Source: Spirochaetia bacterium
GTDB lineage: Bacteria > Spirochaetota > Leptospiria > Turneriellales > JAOUFE01
Assembly (NCBI GenBank): GCA_029857955.1
Contig: JAOUFY010000003.1
Coordinates: 21,628-85,627, forward strand
DNA length: 64,000 nucleotides
Reading direction: 5' to 3'
The notes below the pieces were generated by a model. It was not told the origin of the DNA and made no database searches. It worked only from the letters and a program-made list of their open reading frames with translations. Both the position numbers and the translations under genes were made by a program. This document shows positions 57,577 through 64,000 of this stretch, in pieces; position 1 is the stretch's first letter; each line of letters opens with the position of its first letter.

Positions 57577-58260
57577 TTATAACTGTTTAGCCTGATACAA
57601 CATCATTATACCGGCAAGAAAGTTTTGTGATATGTGTAAAAGAATTCCAAGCATAATACCTTTTTTATAAATCGTAATAAATGAAAAATACATTCCAAGT
57701 AAAAACAAAGGCAGTCCAATATAGTAGTTCTCTATTAAATTGTCAAAATGAGCCAGCATAAATATTAAACTCGTAAAAAGTATCGCGGGAAGATTTTTCT
57801 TAATAGGAGAATTATTATTTAGTGTTTCCTGCTCTGGAACGAGCATACCTAAAATAAATCCCCTGAAAATTACTTCTTCATATATTGGTCCCAGCAATGC
57901 GACTGTAAACATAAAAAGGAATATATTATTGCGTAACAGCTCAGGGCTAAATCCTTTAAACTGATCTGGAACTGTACCCGTTAAATTTAAAAAAATTGAA
58001 CTAAAGATATTAACAATAATGAGACCTGCAAAGCCAAAAATTAAATCTTTTCCTGTTATTTCATCACCCAGGCCAAAATATTTAAAACCAAGCTTTGCCT
58101 GTAACAACATTACAAGGGTTAAAAATATTCCTGCCTGTGAAACAATGATAATGAACATATGGACAGCATTGATTTTTTTTGTTGTCTCAGGTATGATTCC
58201 CAGTTTATACAATCCTAATTGTACTCCAAATACCAAAGCCAGAGCAGTTAAAGGAATCAA
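57577..58260 (-). CDS. CPBP-family intramembrane glutamic endopeptidase (CAAX protease-like)
   Basis: EEVIFRGF motif 1 and a downstream LAHF/H motif; polytopic. Confidence 0.8.
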   Translation of the reverse strand: MIPLTALALVFGVQLGLYKLGIIPETTKKINAVHMFIIIVSQAGIFLTLVMLLQAKLGFKYFGLGDEITGKDLIFGFAGLIIVNIFSSIFLNLTGTVPDQFKGFSPELLRNNIFLFMFTVALLGPIYEEVIFRGFILGMLVPEQETLNNNSPIKKNLPAILFTSLIFMLAHFDNLIENYYIGLPLFLLGMYFSFITIYKKGIMLGILLHISQNFLAGIMMLYQAKQL

Positions 58261-58292
58261 TAAGGCTATGAAATATCTATATCTATGAAGTT

Positions 58293-58715
58293 TCAGCGTT
58301 GATACTCTCTTTCTACCGAAGTTGTGATGCCGCCTCTTACATTGTACACGGCTTTTACTTTTAATGCATTTGGTTTACAGGCATTTAATATATCTTCAAA
58401 AACCTTATTTACAACATTTTCATGAAAAATTCCCAGATTACGATAAAAAATAAAATATTCTTTAAGTGATTTTAATTCAAGGCAATATTTAGCAGGTCGA
58501 TAGCTGATAATGATCACGCCAAAATCAGGTAAACCTGTTTTCGGACAAATTGCTGTAAATTCAGGTATTTCCAGGTTTATCAGGTAATCTTTGCCATTGT
58601 AAATATTTTCAAATACCTCGATTCGAGGGGTTTCAAGGTTTAGAATATGATCCTGTTTCCCCTCGTAATCACTTTTCGTTTCTATCAGGCTTTCTTTTTT
58701 TTCGTTACTTCCCAT
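58293..58715 (-). CDS. queF: NADPH-dependent 7-cyano-7-deazaguanine (preQ0) reductase, type I
   Basis: FTAICPKTGLPDFG catalytic Cys region and the ELKSLKEYF QueF motif. Confidence 0.9.
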   Translation of the reverse strand: MGSNEKKESLIETKSDYEGKQDHILNLETPRIEVFENIYNGKDYLINLEIPEFTAICPKTGLPDFGVIIISYRPAKYCLELKSLKEYFIFYRNLGIFHENVVNKVFEDILNACKPNALKVKAVYNVRGGITTSVEREYQR

Positions 58716-59104
58716 TTTGTAAAATTATCCCAGGTTTTTTCGATTTCGCCTTTTCCTTCCCAAGTAAAGCTGATTTCTTCAATCGAATCATCATCTGTTG
58801 CGTCAAGATAAAGCGCAAGATTACCGGAAAAAAATCCACATGCTTCGTTATAATTTAAAATTTTTAATAATAAATACTTTCTTGATCCATATACTGATGA
58901 AAGTTTGCGAATCAGTCTCTCGATATAACCAAAAGAAGCAAATTCTAAATAATTATTTTCTAAAAACTCGATATTTTCATTAATTTCAGTAAAATCTGTA
59001 AAATTTGAACGTTTAACCGCAGATGGATCGCCTGCATTTCGTTTTTCAGTCATCAATTCGACAAGTTCTCCAAAAGTTCTGTTTTTTGTAATTACATTTG
59101 ACAT
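58685..59104 (-). CDS. Hypothetical protein
   Basis: 139-aa ORF whose 3' end overlaps the queF start by 31 nt. I recognise no family. Confidence 0.5.
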   Translation of the reverse strand: MSNVITKNRTFGELVELMTEKRNAGDPSAVKRSNFTDFTEINENIEFLENNYLEFASFGYIERLIRKLSSVYGSRKYLLLKILNYNEACGFFSGNLALYLDATDDDSIEEISFTWEGKGEIEKTWDNFTKWEVTKKKKA

Positions 59105-59261
59105 AAAATCTCCTTATTTTTTACATTTACAGGTAAATGTTTTAAATTTTATTTTAATAAATAAAGCAATATTGTACACATTGTCCATTTTTATATTCAA
59201 TTATTCTAATATTTCAAATAAAAATGCCTCGACAAGATTAATAAGATCAAAATATTGAGGA

Positions 59262-59732
59262 ATGTTACATGATGTAATTATTCACAAAACTGTACCTGAA
59301 ATTAAAACTATCGCGCTGATTGCCCATGATAATCGAAAAAGAGACTTGTTGTCATGGGTGATGCAGCATAGAGAAGTTTTAAAAGCTCATAAACTTGTCG
59401 GAACTGGAACCACAGGCAGCTTGATCAGTGAAAAATGTAAATTGCCTGTAAAACGTTTTTTAAGCGGTCCTCTGGGCGGTGATCAACAAATTGGCGCTGA
59501 AGTCTGCACTGGTCAGATTGATTTAATTATTTTTTTCTGGGATCCTCTTACTTCTCAACCTCATGATCCGGATGTAAAAGCGCTGCTTAGACTTTCAGTA
59601 CTATACAATGTACCCACGGCATGCAATGTGTCAACAGCTGATTTTATGATTTCATCAAAGTTTTTTCACGAAGAGTTTACAAAAGCCATTATAGATTTTG
59701 CAAATCGCAAGCCACCGGTCTATGTAGATTGA
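59262..59732 (+). CDS. mgsA: Methylglyoxal synthase
   Basis: IALIAHDNRKRDLLSW and GPLGGDQQIGA motifs. Confidence 0.9.
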   Translation: MLHDVIIHKTVPEIKTIALIAHDNRKRDLLSWVMQHREVLKAHKLVGTGTTGSLISEKCKLPVKRFLSGPLGGDQQIGAEVCTGQIDLIIFFWDPLTSQPHDPDVKALLRLSVLYNVPTACNVSTADFMISSKFFHEEFTKAIIDFANRKPPVYVD

Positions 59733-59736
59733 AAAC

Positions 59737-59772
59737 CAACAGGGAAAGGTCATCCATTCCCTGTTGATTTGT
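59737..59772. terminator. Bidirectional rho-independent terminator between the convergent mgsA and acnB
   Basis: Perfect 10-bp inverted repeat CAACAGGGAA (59737-59746) / TTCCCTGTTG (59757-59766) with a 10-nt loop. T-rich tract on the plus side and GGTTTT on the minus side. Confidence 0.7.
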
Positions 59773-59775
59773 TTA

Positions 59776-62322
59776 TTAATTTAACTCGTAGTTTTTAATC
59801 TGGTTAAAATTTAGATATTTATATATTTTATCTTCATTACCGCTGATTTTTTTAGTTACATTTTCCATATATTCGTCTTTGGTCGGAATTCTCCCAAGTT
59901 TTGCAGTTACTGCTGCAAGTTCTGCAGAACCTAGATATACCTGGGCATTTTTACCAAGCCGCCCGTCAAAATTTCGGGTACTAGTAGAAAATACGATGGC
60001 ATCATCTGCAACCCTGGCCTGATTTCCCATGCAAAGTGAGCAACCTGGCATTTCTGTTCTTGCGCCGGAAGCTCCAAAAATAGAATAATACCCTTCGTTA
60101 ATTAACTCGCTTTCGTCCATTTTAGTTGGAGGAACAATCCATAGTTTAGATGGAACCTGACCTTCGTTTTTCAATACCTCGCCCAAAGCGCGATAATGAC
60201 CGATGTTGGTCATACAACTTCCTACAAAAACTTCATCGACTCTCTTTGGTCTAAGAACATCGGCATGAAGCTCAGAAAGCGTCGCAACATCATCAGGGTC
60301 ATTCGGACAGGCAACGATAGGTTCTTTAATTTCATTCATGTCTATTTCAATGATTTCTGCATATTTTGCGTCTTTATCTGCCTCCAGAAGAACAGGATTT
60401 TTCAACCATTTCTTCATTTCATCGGCTCTTCGCTGAAGAGTTTTGGCATCCTGATAACCGTTTTTAATCATTGCCTCAATCAAGGTGATGTTTGAGTTGA
60501 TGTATTCCATTACGGGCTCTTTATTTAGTTTAACGGTGCACGCTGCCGCCGATCTCTCCGCGCTGGCATCTGTTAATTCAAAGGCTTGTTCAATTTTTAA
60601 GTTTGGCAACCCTTCGATTTCAAGAATTCTGCCGTTAAAAACATTTTTTTTGTTTTTCTTTTCTACCGTAAGGAGTCCTTTTTTAATGGCTACATGAGGT
60701 ATTGCATTTACCAAATCTCTTAAAGTTATACCAGGCTGCATTTGGCCTTTAAATCGAACTAAAACAGATTCGGGCATGGTAAGCGGCATCGAGCCGGTTA
60801 CAGCTGCAAAAGCGACAAGACCGGATCCTGCAGGGAAACTGATTCCAATAGGGAAGCGAGTGTGAGAATCGCCTCCGGTTCCAACGGTATCTGGTAATAC
60901 CATTCGATTTAACCACGAATGAATGATACCATCGCCTGGTCGAAGCGATACACCAGCTCGTGTTGTGATAAAATCGGGCAAGGTATGATGTAGTTTAATG
61001 TCAGATGGCTTTGGGTATGCCGCAGTATGACAAAAACTTTGAAGAACAAGATCAGCGTTAAAACCAAGCGCTGACAATTCTTTAATTTCATCGCGGGTCA
61101 TTGCTCCGGTAGTATCCTGACTTCCAACCGTACTGGTTGCAGGTTCAACATACATGCCTGGTTTTACGCCAGGTAATCCAACTGCTCGACCTACCATTTT
61201 TTGAGCAAGTGTATATCCCTTTTTATCGTCTGCAGGTTGTTCCGGTTTGGCAAAAATTTCTTCTGCCGGCATTCCTATAAAATTACGAGCTTTGTTGGTT
61301 AGTCCGCGTCCAATGATCAAAGGTACACGGCCTCCGGCTCTTACTTCGTCGATTATTGTGTTTGGATCAAGTTTAAATTCACTGATTTTTTTACCATTTT
61401 TTTCAATTTTACCTTCATAAGGATAAATATCGATCACATCGCCTGTTTCCATCTGGTCTACATTGCACTGAAATGGCAATGCGCCTGAATCTTCACAGGT
61501 ACTGAAAAAGATAGGTGCAATAACACCGCCAAGAACAATTCCGCCTGTTCTTTTGTTTGGTACGCCGGGGATGTCTTCACCCATATGCCATTGAACTGAG
61601 TTTACTCCTGATTTACGACTGGAGCCTGTTCCAACCACATCACCAACATAAGCTACCGGGTGGCCTTTCTTTTTTAATTCAGCGATGGTTTGTATAGCGC
61701 CGGGCATTTTAGTAACGAGCATGGAAAGTGCGTGTAATGGAATATCGCTTCGGGTAAATGCTTCACTGGCTGGAGACAGGTCGTCTGTATTGGTTTCGCC
61801 AGGAACTTTAAGGACGGTAACGGTGATTTTTTCAGCAGGTGCTTTTCTATTGTTAAACCAGCCGCCTTCAGCCCAGGAGTTCATAATTTTTTTTGCATGA
61901 GCATTGCTTTTTGATAAATCAGCAACAGTATTAAATTCATCATAGACGAGTAAGATATTAGCCAGAGCATTTACAGCGTCGTCGGCAGCGTCAGAAATAT
62001 TTAACGCATCAATCAGAGGTTTGACGTTATAACCTCCCAGCATTTCACCAAGCGCCTTAACGGCTTCTTTTTTGGAAATAGCAGGGCATTTTACTTTATT
62101 TTGTATAAGATCGTTTAAAAAAGCCGCTTTAAGTCTGGCAGCATCATCAACGCCAGGGTTTACACGATTTAAAAGTAAATCTTTTAATAAATCATTTTTT
62201 GCGTGACCAGCTTTTAACATTTCTATAACTTCACTTACCTGTTCAAGGTTTAAAGGAAGTGGTGGTATTCCTTGTTCGGCTCTTGCCTTTACATGTTCAT
62301 CATATTTTTCTATAAAACTCAT
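59776..62322 (-). CDS. acnB: Aconitate hydratase B (bifunctional aconitase 2/2-methylisocitrate dehydratase)
   Basis: 848 aa with the AcnB-specific N-terminal HEAT-like domain ([25 protein letters not shown]). Fe-S ligand regions are present. Confidence 0.93.
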   Translation of the reverse strand: MSFIEKYDEHVKARAEQGIPPLPLNLEQVSEVIEMLKAGHAKNDLLKDLLLNRVNPGVDDAARLKAAFLNDLIQNKVKCPAISKKEAVKALGEMLGGYNVKPLIDALNISDAADDAVNALANILLVYDEFNTVADLSKSNAHAKKIMNSWAEGGWFNNRKAPAEKITVTVLKVPGETNTDDLSPASEAFTRSDIPLHALSMLVTKMPGAIQTIAELKKKGHPVAYVGDVVGTGSSRKSGVNSVQWHMGEDIPGVPNKRTGGIVLGGVIAPIFFSTCEDSGALPFQCNVDQMETGDVIDIYPYEGKIEKNGKKISEFKLDPNTIIDEVRAGGRVPLIIGRGLTNKARNFIGMPAEEIFAKPEQPADDKKGYTLAQKMVGRAVGLPGVKPGMYVEPATSTVGSQDTTGAMTRDEIKELSALGFNADLVLQSFCHTAAYPKPSDIKLHHTLPDFITTRAGVSLRPGDGIIHSWLNRMVLPDTVGTGGDSHTRFPIGISFPAGSGLVAFAAVTGSMPLTMPESVLVRFKGQMQPGITLRDLVNAIPHVAIKKGLLTVEKKNKKNVFNGRILEIEGLPNLKIEQAFELTDASAERSAAACTVKLNKEPVMEYINSNITLIEAMIKNGYQDAKTLQRRADEMKKWLKNPVLLEADKDAKYAEIIEIDMNEIKEPIVACPNDPDDVATLSELHADVLRPKRVDEVFVGSCMTNIGHYRALGEVLKNEGQVPSKLWIVPPTKMDESELINEGYYSIFGASGARTEMPGCSLCMGNQARVADDAIVFSTSTRNFDGRLGKNAQVYLGSAELAAVTAKLGRIPTKDEYMENVTKKISGNEDKIYKYLNFNQIKNYELN

Positions 62323-62361
62323 ACGTGTTCTCCTTTAAAGTAGACGAAAAATTCAATCTTG

Positions 62362-62402
62362 TTGGTGTTCAATACACGCACTAGCGCCGCTTTGAACACC
62401 AA
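62362..62402 (-). promoter_or_regulatory. Stem-loop in the acnB 5' leader / upstream region
   Basis: Perfect 11-bp inverted repeat TTGGTGTTCAA (62362-62372) / TTGAACACCAA (62392-62402) with a GC-rich 19-nt loop, 40-80 nt upstream of the acnB ATG. Confidence 0.35.
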
Positions 62403-62641
62403 TTTTTATTAAATTAGCACCATTTTTGTAAGAATCACAAGGTAAATAAAAATTTGAAAATAAATATTCCCCGTTTCACTTAAAATGAGTTTAGGCTGGA
62501 ACTCGAAATTCTCATCCAAATAGGCAAGATACGTAATGTTCATCCAAGCTCGAAAAGGGACCGCGCCAATTTGTCTTTAAACTTGTACGAAGATAGATTA
62601 TTAAATTGACGGCCTAAAAGGATTTTTAATAGATTATTTTA

Positions 62642-63499
62642 GTGTCAAACATTCGTATTATTAAAAATGAAATATCAAGAAAGTGCCCGAAATGCAATGG
62701 CGAAGGTTTTTTATTTACTCCTTCCGGCGGCGGGAGATCGATTGATTTTTTTGAGTTATGTCAATGTATTGAGGAAGCATGTATATGTGATAAAAAACCT
62801 CCTTACATGTATCTGAATGATGATTTAAGAATTTTGTCAAATTGCTCATGCAGGGAAACAAGGCTAAAAATTGAACATATAAAAAGGATCATGTTAAATT
62901 CCAATATCCCTTATAAATATCAATATAAAAGAATTCAGGATTTTGTTATTGACCTTGGAGATGAAAATGCATCTCGCAATATGGCCATTGCAGTTGATGA
63001 GGCTCGGCATTTTATAGACAGCTTTGATATTGGCCAACCTGGTAAACAAAAAGGTATGTACTTTATAGGACCAACCGGCACAGGTAAAACTATGCTGGCT
63101 TGTATAATTGCAAATGAATTAATATTAAAACATAAAACATCAGTTTACTATGCTAAAATTTCAAGAGATTTTTTCAATAGAATAAAATCTACTTTTAATA
63201 CGGAATCGAATATTTACGGGCGAGGAGAAGATATTTTTCAAAAACTTGCAGCTGCGAACTTGCTTATTCTTGACGATTTCGGAGTTCAGGCAGATAGCGA
63301 GTGGGAAAAACGTACCTTATATGATCTTATCGATGCACGTTATGAAAATCAAAAACCTGTCTTAATTACTTCAAATACTGGTCCTGATGAATGGAAAAAC
63401 ATGTTTAATGGTCGAATTTACTCTCGTCTTATGGAAATGACAACCTTTTTAGATATGACCGCGCTTGATTATCGAAATAACTTTAGCACTCAACTATAA
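62642..63499 (+). CDS. DnaC/IstB-like AAA+ ATPase with a Cys-rich (CxxCxGxG) N-terminal domain
   Basis: Walker A GPTGTGKT, Walker B LLILDDFG, sensor ITSN. The N-terminus holds CPKCNGEG plus further Cys clusters. GTG start. Confidence 0.75.
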   Translation: MSNIRIIKNEISRKCPKCNGEGFLFTPSGGGRSIDFFELCQCIEEACICDKKPPYMYLNDDLRILSNCSCRETRLKIEHIKRIMLNSNIPYKYQYKRIQDFVIDLGDENASRNMAIAVDEARHFIDSFDIGQPGKQKGMYFIGPTGTGKTMLACIIANELILKHKTSVYYAKISRDFFNRIKSTFNTESNIYGRGEDIFQKLAAANLLILDDFGVQADSEWEKRTLYDLIDARYENQKPVLITSNTGPDEWKNMFNGRIYSRLMEMTTFLDMTALDYRNNFSTQL

Positions 63500-63506
63500 A
63501 ATCAAG

Positions 63507-63938
63507 TCAATACTCATTATAGTAAATTCTTAAAATACTTCGTACAATTCCTGAACTTGTTTTTACCAGTTTTTCGTCACTGATTTTATTATAAATATCT
63601 TTATAATTATATGATGGGTTTTTAGATTTAATATCTAAAACAATATCAATCACTTCTTTATCAACCAGACGATTTCCATTTTCACTTGCCAGTTCTGCGT
63701 TTCTTAATCGTTCTAAATCAGTAGAAACTTTTTCAAGTTTTTCCAATAGATATTCAGCATCTCTTGCATTTATGTAGGTAACTGGATCTTTGATAGCGCT
63801 TATAATTTTATCATTAAACGTTTTCTCATCAATATAAATACCTTTTATAGGTACAAATAATTTTTCAACCATGATTCGAAAATTATACATTAAATTTACT
63901 CTATAATTAAAAAGAATTCCTGAAGATAGATGCTCCAT
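63507..63938 (-). CDS. Hypothetical protein
   Basis: 143-aa ORF convergent with the DnaC-like gene. I recognise no family. Confidence 0.45.
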   Translation of the reverse strand: MEHLSSGILFNYRVNLMYNFRIMVEKLFVPIKGIYIDEKTFNDKIISAIKDPVTYINARDAEYLLEKLEKVSTDLERLRNAELASENGNRLVDKEVIDIVLDIKSKNPSYNYKDIYNKISDEKLVKTSSGIVRSILRIYYNEY

Positions 63939-64000
63939 TATATTTACATTGCTGTATGAATAACTTTGAGGAGATACAAAAATTTGAACTTCATCATTTA

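Noticed and set aside
62501-62560. Two TCATCCAA(A/G) motifs plus repeated CTCGAAA next to the DnaC-like gene, considered as DnaA boxes or an origin
   Set aside because: There are only two sites, each with two mismatches to TTATCCACA. No dnaA/dnaN context is present, and no cluster of boxes with an AT-rich DUE arrangement can be demonstrated.
62642-63499. IstB-like ATPase considered as part of an IS21-family mobile element
   Set aside because: There is no istA transposase ORF upstream (the upstream 320 bp is non-coding), I found no terminal inverted repeats, and the Cys-rich N-domain is atypical for IstB.
1-64000. Scan for CRISPR arrays, rRNA, integrases/transposases, and phage structural or defence-island genes
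   Set aside because: I saw no regularly spaced direct repeats. The only RNA gene recognised is tRNA-Gln. No recombinase, restriction-modification, toxin-antitoxin or phage-like ORFs were recognisable among the translated ORFs.

Overview
Visibly AT-rich chromosomal window from a Gram-negative (diderm) bacterium. I cannot assign the taxon without a database search. Content is almost entirely housekeeping. I found no CRISPR array, rRNA, transposase, integrase or prophage signature. Layout: (1) 1-10055 is a complex I operon, nuoA(partial)-B-C-D-H-I-J-K-L-M-N, with no nuoE/F/G. (2) 10-24 kb holds a 7TMR-DISM class III nucleotide cyclase, mazG, a DtxR-family regulator, a frameshifted alpha-oxoamine synthase, beta-carbonic anhydrase, fmt, a ThiF/MoeB-type E1 flanked by secreted HEAT-repeat proteins, and tilS. 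(3) 23.4-27.7 kb is the conserved ispE-tRNA-Gln-glmU(N-domain only)-prs-rplY-pth block, and this Pth lacks the catalytic His. (4) 27.7-33.6 kb is an envelope and metal-uptake locus: OM beta-barrel, TroA/ZnuA-like binding protein and ABC-3 permease with no ATPase, plus an OprB-family porin carrying a roughly 250-aa Lys/Pro/Glu-rich N-terminal extension. (5) 33.7-41 kb holds an orphan trpA, pepA, mtnP, queG, PBP1A and rplU. (6) 41.8-47.8 kb is a same-strand cluster: Sel1-repeat protein, an 831-aa cNMP-binding-domain protein, a gamma-CA-like protein and two tandem CNNM/CorB paralogs. (7) 48-64 kb holds aspC, rpmB, a thioesterase, an M50 protease, mtnA, lysS, a STAS protein, comF, a pseudouridine synthase, a CPBP protease, queF, mgsA, acnB and a DnaC/IstB-like AAA+ protein with a Cys-rich N-terminus. 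The signals the gene list does not explain are non-coding. One is a three-copy GC-rich double-hairpin intergenic repeat family whose second stem changes in a compensatory way (10064-10114, 33644-33693, 47865-47913). The other is a GC-rich, roughly 155-nt predicted three-way-junction element ending in a terminator-like hairpin just upstream of rpmB (49222-49377). I did not find a convincing novel multi-gene system such as a defence island; the candidates below are ranked accordingly.
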